Shown here: positions 7,638-17,964 of the stretch, piece by piece
Numbering within the stretch: the stretch's first letter is position 1
Layout of the letters: each line of letters opens with the position of its first letter
Origin: Alphaproteobacteria bacterium
GTDB taxonomy: Bacteria > Pseudomonadota > Alphaproteobacteria > JACZXZ01
NCBI GenBank assembly: GCA_035294245.1
Contig: DATGLG010000067.1
Location: 173,726 to 237,725, forward strand
DNA length: 64,000 nucleotides
Reading direction: 5' to 3'
Notes under the pieces: model-generated
What the model was told of the DNA's origin: nothing
The model's input: the letters and a program-made list of their open reading frames with translations, nothing else
The model's database searches: none
Program-made: the position numbers and the translations under genes

Positions 7638-9875
7638 GTGAGAGCCTGGACCATCATGAGACGGCGCGGCGAGGTTTCGCGGAATAAGGAAAAGGAAGAG
7701 GCGGCGGATGCGGCCGCCCCGGCGGTCGCCACGGAGCGCAAGGGCTGGCGCCGGCGGTTGAAATTCTGGCGCCGCGGCACGGCGGCCCCGCGCCGCCCGC
7801 GCAAGGCGCGCAAGCCGCGGCGGCGCTCCTTCCTGAGGAACATCCGCATCGGCCTGCGCATCTGGGCGCTCGCCGGCCTCGGCGCCGCCGGCATCGCCGC
7901 CCTCTCGGCCTCCTATCTCGTCACCGACAATCGCATCAGCGCCGCCATGGCCGCGACCGCGGCGGACGAGCATTTCGCCCGCCTGGTGAACAAGGTCGCC
8001 GGCGTCATCGCGCGGATGCACACCGACGAGACCACCTATCTCCTCGCGCGGGACACGCAGTTCTCCTCGCAATTCCAGTCGGACGCCGTCGACGCCGATA
8101 CCGCCCTCTCCCTCGTCGAGCACGATCCGGTCGAGCCCGCCGTCGATGCCAAGGTGAAGGCGCTCCGCAGCGCCCTCGGCAAATATGTCGGCCAGTTCAA
8201 CATGGTCGACATGACCTTGAGCGCCATGGCCGGGGAGGGGCAGAACCTGCAAGTGACCCTCGCCGCCGCCGCCAAGGCGATCGAGGACGGCATCGCGGCG
8301 GCCCATGCGGATGCGCTCCGCGCCATGTTCCTCGAGCTCCGGGAGAGCGAGGCGGATTTCCGCCTCACCACCGATGCCAAATACGTGGCGGCCTTCGATA
8401 AGCTCGTCGCCGGCTTCGCCGCGGCGCTGCAAAAGGCGGAGATCGACGCTACGGCGAAGGCCAAGCTCGCCGAGGCCCTCGACCATTACAAGGCCGCCTT
8501 GCACGACTACGCCGACAAGGCGACGGCGCTCGCAGCGCAAACGACCAAGCTGCGCGCCGCCTATGGCGAGCTCGAGGCGCTGCCCGGCAGCCTCTACGAG
8601 GCGACGAGCCAGATGCGCGACAAGGTTGAGCTCACCGCCGACGAGGCGCGGCGCTCGGGCCGCGCCACCATGACGGCGCTCTGCATCGGCATCTTCTCCC
8701 TCTTCATGATCGTGACGTTTGTGCTCTCACGCAGCATCGGCCGGCCGCTGCGGCGCATCATCGCGGTGGTGCGGCGGGTCGCCGATGGCGATGCCGATGT
8801 CGAGGTGACGATCGATCTCGTCGGCCGCGACGAGGTGGGTGCGATGGCCGAGGCCGTCGAGGTTTTCAAGGCCAATGCCCGCGAGCGTGAGCGCCTGCAG
8901 GCGGAGCAGGCCGAGGCGGCGCAGGCGGCGGCGGCCGAGCGCGAGAGGCGCCGCATCGAGGATGCCGAGCGCGCCCGTGCGGAGGCCGAGCGCGCCGAGG
9001 CCCTGCGCCGCGAGGCCGATGCCGAGCGCCGGCGCATGCTCCAGGAGCTCGCCCAGGCGCTCGAGCAGAACATGCAGGCCCTGACCACGGCGGTGAGCGG
9101 GGCCGCAAGCGAGCTGCGCATGACGGCCGAGGGCATGGCTGCGACGGCCTCGACCGCGGGGCAGCAATCGGCGGCGGTGGCCGCCGCCTCGGAGCAGGCC
9201 TCGGGCAATGTCCAGGCGGTCGCCTCGGCGACGGAGGAGCTCGCCGCCTCGATCGCCGAGATCGGGCGCCAGGTCAGCCAGTCAACCGAGGTCGCCCGCA
9301 AGGCGGTGGCGCGCGCGCAGGATACGAGCAAGACCATCGAGAGCCTGGCCGAGGCGGCGCAGCGGATCGGGCAGGTCATCGATCTCATCAACGACATCGC
9401 CAGCCAGACCAATCTCCTGGCGCTCAACGCCACGATCGAGGCGGCGCGCGCGGGGGAGGCCGGCAAGGGCTTCGCCGTGGTCGCCGCCGAGGTCAAGGCC
9501 CTCGCCAGCCAGACCGCCAAGGCGACCGAGGAGATCGGCAGCCAGATCGGCGAGATGCAGCAGGCGACCCGCACGGCGGTCGCGGCGATCGAGGGCATCC
9601 GCAGCACCATCGCCGAGGTGAGCGAGACCGCGACGGCGATCGAGGCCGCGGTGGGCCAGCAGGGGGCCGCGACCGGGGAGATCGCCCAGAATATCCAGCG
9701 CGCGGCGGCCGGCACGCAGGAGGTCTCGACCAACATCGCCGGCATTACCGACGCCATCGACCGCACCGGCGGCTCGGCGAGCCGCGTGCTCACCGCGGCG
9801 AACGATCTCGCCGGCCAGGCGGACCGCCTCGATACGGAAGTCAAGCGCTTCGTCGGGCAAATCCGCGCGATGTAG
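7638..9875 (+). CDS. Methyl-accepting chemotaxis protein (two TM segments, periplasmic sensor, HAMP, Ala/Glu/Arg-rich linker, MCP signalling domain)
   Basis: Signalling-domain hallmark [37 protein letters not shown]. Exact start uncertain (alternative ATG at 7656). Upstream ttgaca at 7596. Confidence 0.85.
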   Translation: MRAWTIMRRRGEVSRNKEKEEAADAAAPAVATERKGWRRRLKFWRRGTAAPRRPRKARKPRRRSFLRNIRIGLRIWALAGLGAAGIAALSASYLVTDNRISAAMAATAADEHFARLVNKVAGVIARMHTDETTYLLARDTQFSSQFQSDAVDADTALSLVEHDPVEPAVDAKVKALRSALGKYVGQFNMVDMTLSAMAGEGQNLQVTLAAAAKAIEDGIAAAHADALRAMFLELRESEADFRLTTDAKYVAAFDKLVAGFAAALQKAEIDATAKAKLAEALDHYKAALHDYADKATALAAQTTKLRAAYGELEALPGSLYEATSQMRDKVELTADEARRSGRATMTALCIGIFSLFMIVTFVLSRSIGRPLRRIIAVVRRVADGDADVEVTIDLVGRDEVGAMAEAVEVFKANARERERLQAEQAEAAQAAAAERERRRIEDAERARAEAERAEALRREADAERRRMLQELAQALEQNMQALTTAVSGAASELRMTAEGMAATASTAGQQSAAVAAASEQASGNVQAVASATEELAASIAEIGRQVSQSTEVARKAVARAQDTSKTIESLAEAAQRIGQVIDLINDIASQTNLLALNATIEAARAGEAGKGFAVVAAEVKALASQTAKATEEIGSQIGEMQQATRTAVAAIEGIRSTIAEVSETATAIEAAVGQQGAATGEIAQNIQRAAAGTQEVSTNIAGITDAIDRTGGSASRVLTAANDLAGQADRLDTEVKRFVGQIRAM

Positions 9876-10145
9876 CGCGCCCGCGCTGCGGCGCCATTCT
9901 CATGAAGCGTTGACGCGTAAGCGACCAGGCGGCGAAGCGCCGCACTTGCGCGCATCCGCCGATTTAACTAAGTCTTAGGCGCGCAAGCGCATCATCGGAC
10001 GCCAAGCGCGCAAGCGCGTCGTCGAGCCCGACCCCATGCCGCCTCCGAGCGGCATGCTGCACGCCCCACAGTCGCGGCGGTCGGCACGCGGCTCCCGCAC
10101 AGGGCGAGGCGCGGGAGAGGTCGGGCGCACGCAAAGGAGGATCGC

Positions 10146-10844
10146 CTGAAGATCATCAGTTGGAACCTGCTGCGTCTCGTCGGCGCCGCAGTCGAGGATG
10201 TCGCCGCACTCGTCGAGCGCGAGCATCCCGATCTCCTCCTCATGCAGGAGGCCACCAGGGCGGTCGAGGCGCTGCCGGCGCTGATCGGCGGGCATTTCCA
10301 TCGCCGGCCGCTGCCCACGCGCATCCACGGCCTCGCCGCCTGGAGCCCCCATTTCCTGCCGACGCCCGAGGTGCTGCCGCTGCCGGTCTCGCCCATGCCC
10401 GGGCGCCTGCCCCAGCGCATCGCCCAGCTGGTGCGGCTCGGCGATGTGACCTTCGCCAATGTCCATCTCTCCCACGGCCAGCTCCTCAATCGCCGCCAGC
10501 TCCTGCGCATCGCCCAGGCGCTGAGCGGGCCCGCCGCCGTCATCGGCGATTACAACGCCGTCGGTCCGATCCTGCTGCGCGGCTTCCGCGACGTGGGGCC
10601 GCGCGAGCCGACCCATCTCGCGCGCAATGTGCTGCCCTTCCGCCTCGATCGCTGCCTCGTGCGCGGGCTGAAATGCCTCGAGGCGCGCGCGCTCGATCGC
10701 GGCCCCTCGGATCACCGCCCGATCCTGCTCGATTTGCGGGTCGCCATGGCGGCGGCAACCACCCGCGCCATGCCCCATGCCGCCCATGACAGCGCGCCCG
10801 TCGCGGCGAATGGCCTCGCCGCCGCGGAAATCGCGGCGTTGTGA
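10146..10844 (+). CDS. Endonuclease/exonuclease/phosphatase (EEP) family protein; non-canonical or missing start
   Basis: Conserved N-terminus LKIISWNLLRL... lies upstream of the first ATG (10242) and follows RBS aaggagg (10134..10140). No in-frame ATG/GTG/TTG seen; CTG at 10146 is possible. Confidence 0.55.
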   Translation: MKIISWNLLRLVGAAVEDVAALVEREHPDLLLMQEATRAVEALPALIGGHFHRRPLPTRIHGLAAWSPHFLPTPEVLPLPVSPMPGRLPQRIAQLVRLGDVTFANVHLSHGQLLNRRQLLRIAQALSGPAAVIGDYNAVGPILLRGFRDVGPREPTHLARNVLPFRLDRCLVRGLKCLEARALDRGPSDHRPILLDLRVAMAAATTRAMPHAAHDSAPVAANGLAAAEIAAL

Positions 10845-11015
10845 GGCGCGGCTGCGGGCGCATGCGCGTTTGCGTCGCTACCGCCTTATAATCGCGGGAT
10901 GATCACGGCTTCGGGGGATGCGGGGGGATGCCAACGTCGCCCCCCTTGGGCGCGCCCCTGCATCCACCAGATATTGTAGGTCGAGGCCCCGCGTCTCGGC
11001 GCCGGGGCGAGAGCC

Positions 11016-11669
11016 ATGCACGCCATCGATCATCTCATCTGGGCCTGTCCCGATCTCGCCGCCGGCAGCGCGATCCTTGAAGGCCTGATCGGCACCACCC
11101 CCGCGGCCGGTGGCAGCCATCCCGGCGGCGGCACGCGCAACGCCTTGATCGGCCTGGGAAAGCGCTGCTATCTCGAGATCATCGCTCCCGATCCGGCCCA
11201 AGATCCGGCGGGCACCCCGGCAGAATGGATGGGCCGGCTCGCCCGGCCCGGGCTGGTGAGCTGGGCGCTCGCCGCCTGCGATCTCGGCGCGCTCGCCGCA
11301 CGGCTCGCCGTGCTCTCCATCCACACCAAGGGTGTCGTCGCCATGTCGCGCCGGAATCCCGACGGCACTTTGCTGCGCTGGGAGGTCCTGCGCCTCGCCG
11401 GCCATGCGTTCGGCCCGGTGGTGCCGTTCTTCATCGACTGGCTGGAGACACCGCATCCGGCCGCCGCCCTCCCCGCCGCCGGCGCCTTGCGGCGCCTCGA
11501 GATCCGCCACCCCCAGGCGGAGGCCCTGCGCCGGCTCTTCGTGGCACTTTCCCTCGATGTGCCGGTCGCTTCCGGCACCTTGCCGGCGCTCGCGGCCGTG
11601 CTGGAGACCCCGCGGGGGAAGGTCCCCCTTGCGGCCGCCGAGCCCATGCCCCCGCGCTGGCGGGATTGA
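11016..11669 (+). CDS. VOC/glyoxalase-like domain protein
   Basis: 217-aa ORF, glyoxalase-like fold by eye; TATAAT at 10887..10892 upstream. Confidence 0.6.
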   Translation: MHAIDHLIWACPDLAAGSAILEGLIGTTPAAGGSHPGGGTRNALIGLGKRCYLEIIAPDPAQDPAGTPAEWMGRLARPGLVSWALAACDLGALAARLAVLSIHTKGVVAMSRRNPDGTLLRWEVLRLAGHAFGPVVPFFIDWLETPHPAAALPAAGALRRLEIRHPQAEALRRLFVALSLDVPVASGTLPALAAVLETPRGKVPLAAAEPMPPRWRD

Positions 11670-11685
11670 GCCGAGCTCGCGGGTC

Positions 11686-13920
11686 TCAGTTCCCGACGAG
11701 GGCCGCCTTGATCCGCGCCGGGGTGAAGGGAACCGTGCGCAGCCGCGCGCCGGTGGCGTCGAAGATGGCATTGGCGAGGGCCGCGGCGACGGGGCTCGCG
11801 GCCGCCTCCCCGGCGCCGAACGGCCGCAGCTCCGGCCGGTTGATGAGAGCCACTTCGATCGCCGGCGCCTCGGGAAAGGCGAGGATGGGATAGCTCGCCC
11901 AATCCACGCTCGTCACCCGCTCGCGATCGAAGGTCACCTCCTCGTGGAGGGCGCGGCTCAGGGTCTGAACGATGCCGCCCTCGACCTGGTTCTTCAGCGC
12001 ATCGGGATTGATGATCAGCCCGCAATCATGGGCGCAGGCGACGCGGCGCACCCGCACCTCGCCGCTCGCGCGGTCGACGGCCACCTCCATCGCCATCGCC
12101 ACGTAGTTCTCGGCATGCTTGTAATGGACATAGGCGAGGCCGCGGCCGAGGGCGAGATTACCTTGGAGCGCTTGCGGATTTGGCCCGGGTCGCGCATCCC
12201 AGCGGAAGAGCTCGGCGGCCCGCGTCAGAACGGCAATGCCGCGCGGATCGTCGAGGCCGCGCAGGCGGAACGCCAGGGCGTCCGCCTTGGCCGCTGCTGC
12301 CAGCTCATCAACGAAGCCCTCGACGGCGAAGACATTGGCGATCTTCCCGGGCGCGCGAATGTTGGAGGGACGGAGCGGCGTGTCCTTGAGCCAGTGCACG
12401 CGCACCTGCACATGGGCCAGCTTGTAATCGGGGTCGGCGTTCTGGGAGATGAGCCCCGTCGAGAGTCCTTCGCGCTGACTCAGCCCCGCCGCTGCGGGAG
12501 CGAGGAGGGGCACGTTCGGCAGGCCGCGCGTCGCCTCGGGGAGCCACATCTCGGTCTCCCAGGCGAAGAGGCGGCCCTCGCCGTCGAGCCCGGCGCGGAG
12601 ATCGAGGAGCTGGGGCGGACCCTTGGGGTCCCAGCCATGCTCGTCCGCGCGCATCCATTGCACGCGCACCGGCCTTCCCACTGCCCGGGACATCAGCGCC
12701 GCATCCGCCGCGGCGTCGTCATGGCCATTCATGCCATAGCAGCCGGCGCCGTCGAGATAGACGAGGCGCACCTTCTCCTCGGGCAAGTCCAGCATCCTGG
12801 CGAAGGCCGGGCGGAACTTGTGGGTGGCCTGGGAAGCGGTCCAGATGATCGCCCGATCGGGATGCACATCGGCGACGGCGCAGGAGGGGCCGAGAGAGGC
12901 GTGGCTCTGGCAGGGCCAGTAATAGGTTGCGGCGAGGCGTCGCGCGGCGTGCGCGAGGGCGCCGCGCTCGCCGCGCTCGACCAGGGTCTCGTCGCGCGCG
13001 ACGGGGCTCGCGCGCACCACACGGGCGAGATTCTCGCTGCCCGGGAGTCCGCCGCCGCCCTCCCAGCGGGCCTTGAGCTCCCGGGCGGCCCGGATCGCCG
13101 CCCATTCGTCTGCCGCCACGACGCCGAGGAAGTCGCGGATGCGAACAATGCGGACTCCGGGGAGGCGGGCGATCGAGGACTCGTCGACGGAGATCAGGCG
13201 CGCGCCGATCGCCGGCGGGCGGATGGCGCGGCCATGGAGCATGCCGGGCACTGTGAAATCATGGACATAGACATGGGTGCCGGTGCATTTGGCGGGGAGA
13301 TCGGGCCGCGGCAGCGGCCGGCCGACGATGGTATAGCGGCCCGGGTCCTTGAGCGGCGCCTTGGCATCGACGGGGAGGGCGAATTGCCGCCCTCCGAAGA
13401 GCGCGCCGAGATCGAGCGTGACGTCGCCACTCACGCTGCGCAGTGCGCCGTCCGCGATGGTGAGCTCGCTCGCTGGGCGGCCAAGGCGCTCGGCACCGAG
13501 GCGCAGCAGGGCCTCGCGCGCCGTCGCCGCCGCCTGGCGAATCTGCACGCCGCCGCGGGTGACTCCGGAGCTTCCCGAGGTCGGCCCCTGATTCGGGGTG
13601 AGGGCCGTGTCCCCCTCGACGAGGGCGATGCGATCGACGGCGATCCCCAGCTCCTCCGCCACCATCTGGCGCATGGCGATGCGCAACCCGGTGCCGAGAT
13701 CGACCTTGCCGGTGAAGACGGTGACCGAGCCGTCGCCGTGGATGGCGAGGAAGCTGTCGACCTGATGAAGATCCAGAGGCTTGCCGAGATCGGCATCCGA
13801 GCCGAGCAGCGCCTGGGCCAGGGCGCGCGAGGCAGGAGCGGCGCCCAAGGCGAATCCGACCACCAGAGCGCCGCCGGACTTGAGCAGGTCGCGGCGGGAA
13901 AGCGCGGGCATGCATCCCAT
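11686..13920 (-). CDS. Molybdopterin-binding large subunit of two-subunit aldehyde oxidase/xanthine dehydrogenase family enzyme (isoquinoline 1-oxidoreductase beta, IorB-like), Tat signal
   Basis: Start MGCMPALSRRDLLKSGGALVVGFALGAAPA (twin-arginine); 744 aa; IorB/aldehyde dehydrogenase Mo-binding family similarity. The 923-aa ORF is an N-terminal over-extension. Confidence 0.85.
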   Translation of the reverse strand: MGCMPALSRRDLLKSGGALVVGFALGAAPASRALAQALLGSDADLGKPLDLHQVDSFLAIHGDGSVTVFTGKVDLGTGLRIAMRQMVAEELGIAVDRIALVEGDTALTPNQGPTSGSSGVTRGGVQIRQAAATAREALLRLGAERLGRPASELTIADGALRSVSGDVTLDLGALFGGRQFALPVDAKAPLKDPGRYTIVGRPLPRPDLPAKCTGTHVYVHDFTVPGMLHGRAIRPPAIGARLISVDESSIARLPGVRIVRIRDFLGVVAADEWAAIRAARELKARWEGGGGLPGSENLARVVRASPVARDETLVERGERGALAHAARRLAATYYWPCQSHASLGPSCAVADVHPDRAIIWTASQATHKFRPAFARMLDLPEEKVRLVYLDGAGCYGMNGHDDAAADAALMSRAVGRPVRVQWMRADEHGWDPKGPPQLLDLRAGLDGEGRLFAWETEMWLPEATRGLPNVPLLAPAAAGLSQREGLSTGLISQNADPDYKLAHVQVRVHWLKDTPLRPSNIRAPGKIANVFAVEGFVDELAAAAKADALAFRLRGLDDPRGIAVLTRAAELFRWDARPGPNPQALQGNLALGRGLAYVHYKHAENYVAMAMEVAVDRASGEVRVRRVACAHDCGLIINPDALKNQVEGGIVQTLSRALHEEVTFDRERVTSVDWASYPILAFPEAPAIEVALINRPELRPFGAGEAAASPVAAALANAIFDATGARLRTVPFTPARIKAALVGN

Positions 13921-13931
13921 GATCGCCTCCC

Positions 13932-14393
13932 TCAGGCGCCCGCCGCGCGCTGCACCGCCCGCAGAATGCGCGTATGGGTGCCGCAGCGGCAGAGGTTGCC
14001 GGCGAGCTCCTGCTTGATGTCGTCGAGGGACGGCTTGGGATTGCGATCGAGCAGGGCTTTTGCCGTCATGATCATGCCGTTGGTGCAATAGCCGCATTGG
14101 GCCGCCTGCTCGGCGATGAAGGCGGCCTGGACCGGGTGCGGCTGGTCCGGCGTGCCCAGGCCCTCGAGGGTGACGACGGCGCGGCCCGCGGCCTCGCTCA
14201 CCGGGACTTGGCAGGAACGCGCAGGGTTGCCGTCGATGAGCACGGTGCAGGCACCGCATTGCCCCAGGCCGCAGCCGAATTTCGGGCCGTGCAAGCCGAG
14301 GGCGTTGCGCAGAACGTAGAGAAGTGGTTGAGCCGGATCCCAGGACTCGACCGTGCGGGAGCTGCCATTCACCTGGATGTCGTACATCGCCAT
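13932..14393 (-). CDS. (2Fe-2S)-binding small subunit (IorA-like)
   Basis: 153 aa MAMYDIQVNG...; two Fe-S motifs CGLGQCGACT and CGYC...CRCG. Confidence 0.85.
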   Translation of the reverse strand: MAMYDIQVNGSSRTVESWDPAQPLLYVLRNALGLHGPKFGCGLGQCGACTVLIDGNPARSCQVPVSEAAGRAVVTLEGLGTPDQPHPVQAAFIAEQAAQCGYCTNGMIMTAKALLDRNPKPSLDDIKQELAGNLCRCGTHTRILRAVQRAAGA

Positions 14394-14579
14394 GGCGCAC
14401 CTTCGACCGTGAGCGGGCGGAAGCCGGAAGCATGATCCCAAATCGCGGCGCTGACAACGACGCCCGGGCTCGCGCACGCGATCGTGTAGCGGCCCAAGTC
14501 TGGTCGAGATTTTGCTTTGCCTCGACGGATTTGGCCGCCTAATCTCGGCGCCGATCAGAGAACCGAGGAGAGAGCGGCG

Positions 14580-15503
14580 ATGCGGGTAGCAATCATCGGC
14601 CAGCAGGATTTCGGCAAGGCGGTACTCGAGGCGTTCCTCGCGCGCGGCGACGAGGTGGCGGGAGTCTTCGTCTCCCCCGAGAAGCCGGGGGCCCGTCCCG
14701 ACCCCTTGCGCCAAGCCGCCGAGACGAAAGGCCTTAGGGTCTTCCAGATCGCCAAGTTCACCGAGGCGACGGCCCATGATGCCTTGCGCGGGCTCGCGGC
14801 CGATATCGGCATCATGGCCTATGTCCTCTCCTTCGTGCCCCAGAGCTTCTGCGCCATCCCCCGCCACGGCACCATCCAGTACCATCCCTCGCTGCTGCCC
14901 CTCCATCGCGGGCCGTCCTCGATCAACTGGCCGATCATCAAGGGCTTCACCAAGACGGGGCTGACCATCTTTCGCCCCACCGACGGGCTCGACGAGGGGC
15001 CGATCGTGCTCCAGAAGGAGGTCGAGATCGGCCCCGACGACACCCTGGGCTCGGTCTATTTCGACAAGCTCTTCCCTCAAGGCGTCGCGGCGATGCTCGA
15101 GGCGGCGAACCTCGTCATCGCCGGCAAGGCGAAGGAGCGGATCCAGGACGAGGAACAGGCGACCTATGAGGGCTGGGTCCGCACGGCTGAATCGCGCATC
15201 ACCTGGGCCCATCCCATCGACCAGACCTACAACCTCATTCGCGGCTGCAATCCCCAGCCCGGCGCGTGGACGACGCTCGGCGGCAAGAAGCTCTTCCTCT
15301 TCGATGCGCGCAAGCGGATCGCGCGTACCTTCGGCGAGGTGCGGGGCAAGAAGATCGGCCAGGTGGTGGCGGTAGGCGAGAAGAGCTTCACCGTGCACGG
15401 CCAGGGCGGCTTCATCGAGGTCTTCCGCTGCCGCTTCGAGGATGGGAAAAAAATCGCGGCGAACGAGGCCGGGATTGCCGAGGGTGCCCTTCTCGAAAGC
15501 TGA
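14580..15503 (+). CDS. Formyltransferase family protein (Fmt-like, N-terminal formyl transferase plus C-terminal domain)
   Basis: MRVAIIGQQDFGK...; HPSLLPLHRGPSSINW motif region typical of formyl transferases. Confidence 0.75.
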   Translation: MRVAIIGQQDFGKAVLEAFLARGDEVAGVFVSPEKPGARPDPLRQAAETKGLRVFQIAKFTEATAHDALRGLAADIGIMAYVLSFVPQSFCAIPRHGTIQYHPSLLPLHRGPSSINWPIIKGFTKTGLTIFRPTDGLDEGPIVLQKEVEIGPDDTLGSVYFDKLFPQGVAAMLEAANLVIAGKAKERIQDEEQATYEGWVRTAESRITWAHPIDQTYNLIRGCNPQPGAWTTLGGKKLFLFDARKRIARTFGEVRGKKIGQVVAVGEKSFTVHGQGGFIEVFRCRFEDGKKIAANEAGIAEGALLES

Positions 15504-15521
15504 GGGTTGCTGCGGCTGGGA

Positions 15522-16226
15522 TCAGAGGCCGAGATAGGCCTGGCGCACGCGCGGATCCGCCAACAGCTCGGCCCCGGTGCCGGAGAGCGCGACGCGGCCG
15601 TTCTCCAGCACATAGGCGCGCTCGGCGAGCTTGAGCGAGGCCGCCACGTTCTGCTCGACGAGCATGATCGTAAGCTCGGAAGCGAGCTGGCGGATGACGC
15701 GGAAGACCTCGGCGACGACGACCGGTGCCAGGCCGAGGGAGGGCTCGTCGAACATGATGAGCGTTGGATTGCCCATGAGGCAGCGCCCGATCGCCAGCAT
15801 CTGCTGCTCGCCGCCGGAGAGCGTGCCGGCGGGCTGGCGCTGCCGCTCGGCGAGCCGCGGGAAGAGCGCGAGGACACGCTCGAGCGTGCCGCGCGCGCCG
15901 GCACGAGCGCGCGGCACGAGCGCGCCCATGTCCAAATTCTCGCGCACGGTCAGGCGGGGAAAGAGCTGCCGCCCCTCCGCGACCTGGCCGATGCCAAGGG
16001 CGACGGCCTTGTGGCTCGGCCAGCCGGTGACGTCGATGCCGCGAAACCGCACCACACCCGCGAGCGGGCGCTGCATGCCGGCAATGGTGCGGATGAGCGA
16101 GGTCTTGCCGGCGCCGTTGCCGCCGACGATCGCGGTGATCGAGCGCTCGGGGATGTCGAGGGAGACACCGTCGAGGGCGCGCATGTCGCCATAGGCGAGC
16201 GAGAGATCGCGGACCGCGAGGATCAC
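15522..16226 (-). CDS. livF: Branched-chain amino acid ABC transporter ATP-binding protein (LivF-like)
   Basis: Walker A GGNGAGKT, signature LSGGEQQM, Walker B IMFDEPS. Confidence 0.85.
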   Translation of the reverse strand: MILAVRDLSLAYGDMRALDGVSLDIPERSITAIVGGNGAGKTSLIRTIAGMQRPLAGVVRFRGIDVTGWPSHKAVALGIGQVAEGRQLFPRLTVRENLDMGALVPRARAGARGTLERVLALFPRLAERQRQPAGTLSGGEQQMLAIGRCLMGNPTLIMFDEPSLGLAPVVVAEVFRVIRQLASELTIMLVEQNVAASLKLAERAYVLENGRVALSGTGAELLADPRVRQAYLGL

Positions 16227-16951
16227 GACACCTCCTCGCCGAGATAGGATTTGAGCACGGCGGGGTCGCGGGCGATCTGATCGGGGCGCCCTTCCGCGAT
16301 CTTCTCGCCGTGATGCAGGACGACGACGCGCTCCGCCAGCGCCATCACCGCGCGCATGACGTGCTCGATGATGAGGATGCCGACGCCGCTCTCGTGATTG
16401 AGGTCGCGCAGGATGGCGACGATGCGATCAACCTCCGTCGGCCTGAGCCCCGCCATGGTCTCGTCGAGCAGGAGCAGCCGTGCCCCCGTCGCCAGCGCAC
16501 GCGCGACCTCGAGGCGCTTGCGGTCGGGCAGCGTCAGCCCGCCGGCGTTCCGCGCGCGCTTGTCCCACAGCTCCAGGCGGCGCAGCACCTCGCCGGCGCG
16601 CTCGCGCGCCTCCTCCATCGTCGGCGCAGCCCGCAGCGCTCCGATGATCACGTTCTCCTCGACCGTGAGACGCGCGAAGGGCCGGACGATCTGAAAGGTG
16701 CGCGCGATGCCGGCGCGACAGACTTGCTCCGGCGGCAGGCGGTCGATGCGCCGCGAGGCGAAGCGGATTTCCCCGGCATCGGGAGCATGAACGCCGGCGA
16801 CAAGGTTGAAGAGCGTCGTCTTGCCGGCGCCGTTGGGGCCAATGACGGCGACGATCTCGCCGGCACCAACCTCGAACGAGACTGCGTTCACCGCGACGAG
16901 GCCGCGGAATCGCTTGGTAATCCCCGCGATGCTCAGTCGCGCCTCGCTCAC
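16223..16951 (-). CDS. livG: Branched-chain amino acid ABC transporter ATP-binding protein (LivG-like), GTG start
   Basis: VSEARLSIAGITKRFRGLVAVNAVSFEVGAGEIVAVIGPNGAGKTT... starting at GTG (rc of 16949..16951), overlapping livM stop. The 592-aa ORF is an over-extension. Confidence 0.8.
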   Translation of the reverse strand: MSEARLSIAGITKRFRGLVAVNAVSFEVGAGEIVAVIGPNGAGKTTLFNLVAGVHAPDAGEIRFASRRIDRLPPEQVCRAGIARTFQIVRPFARLTVEENVIIGALRAAPTMEEARERAGEVLRRLELWDKRARNAGGLTLPDRKRLEVARALATGARLLLLDETMAGLRPTEVDRIVAILRDLNHESGVGILIIEHVMRAVMALAERVVVLHHGEKIAEGRPDQIARDPAVLKSYLGEEVS

Positions 16952-17964
16952 GTGCGGTCCTTCGCCAATGGGGCGGTGAAGCCGAGGCGCTGCGCCAGCC
17001 AGGGCCAGACGCCGCTCGGGAGCGCGCGGATGATGACGATGAGCAAGAGGCCGCGGAAGACGAGCTCGATCCCGGGATATTCGATGCCGAGCGCCCGCGT
17101 CGTGCCGAGGAGGAACTCGCCGATGGGGGTCAGGATAAAGGCGCCGATGATCGGCCCCATAAGGGTGCCGAGCCCGCCAATGACAGGCCCGAGCAGCAGG
17201 TCGATCGAGCTGCCGATCCCGAAGATGTGCTCGGGGAAGAGATTGTTGTTGTAGAAGGCGTTGAACACGCCGGCCACCGCGGTCATCGCGGCGGAGAGCA
17301 TGACGGCGGCCATCCGGCAGCGGAAGACGTCGATCCCGAGCGCCCGCGCCGCGTCCTCGTCCTCGCGAATGGCAAGCCAGTAGAAGCCGAGGCGTGAGCG
17401 CAGAAGAGCGGCGCAGAGGACGAAGCCGGCAGCGGTGAGGGCCAGCATCACGTAGTAGTACATCGCCGGTCCGCCGCGCAGATAAAGCAGGCCCTGCTGC
17501 TTCGCCGCGGCGACGGGTAGGAAAAGGCCGCCGGAGGCGCCGGTCCAGGCGATATGGTCGAAGCCGATCCGCGTGAACTCGGCGAAGGCGATGGTGAGGA
17601 GCGCGAAATAGACGCCGGCGATGCGGAAGCGAAAGCCGAGCCAGCCGATCACCGCCCCTGCGAGCGCGGCGAGCGCGATGCCGGGGAAGAGCCCGAGGAG
17701 TGGGGGGATGCCGAAATGGACGAAGAGGGCCGCCGCCGAATAGGCGCCCAGCCCGATATAGAGGGCGTGGCCGAGGGAGAGGAGGCCGGCGAAGCCCATC
17801 ATCACGTTCCACGCCTGGCCGAGATAGGCGAAATAGAGAATGAGGATCAGGACGGAGAGCGTGTAGCGATCGAGCAAGGCGGGTGCGAGCAGCAGCGCCG
17901 CGAAAAGCAGGACGAGGCCGGCGGCGGCGCGCCGGTTGAGGCCCGCCGCGAGGCGCCGGATCAC
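16948..17964 (-). CDS. livM: Branched-chain amino acid ABC transporter permease (LivM-like)
   Basis: 338-aa multi-TM permease; operon context. Confidence 0.85.
   Translation of the reverse strand: MIRRLAAGLNRRAAAGLVLLFAALLLAPALLDRYTLSVLILILYFAYLGQAWNVMMGFAGLLSLGHALYIGLGAYSAAALFVHFGIPPLLGLFPGIALAALAGAVIGWLGFRFRIAGVYFALLTIAFAEFTRIGFDHIAWTGASGGLFLPVAAAKQQGLLYLRGGPAMYYYVMLALTAAGFVLCAALLRSRLGFYWLAIREDEDAARALGIDVFRCRMAAVMLSAAMTAVAGVFNAFYNNNLFPEHIFGIGSSIDLLLGPVIGGLGTLMGPIIGAFILTPIGEFLLGTTRALGIEYPGIELVFRGLLLIVIIRALPSGVWPWLAQRLGFTAPLAKDRT

Noticed and set aside
8594-9955. 453-aa minus-strand ORF and 7623..8540 minus ORF
   Set aside because: Antisense to the MCP gene; Ala/Ser/Arg-rich, no domains.
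11332-14091. 919-aa plus-strand ORF
   Set aside because: Antisense to the IorB/IorA genes; Ala/Arg/Gly-rich low-complexity translation typical of GC-rich antisense frames.
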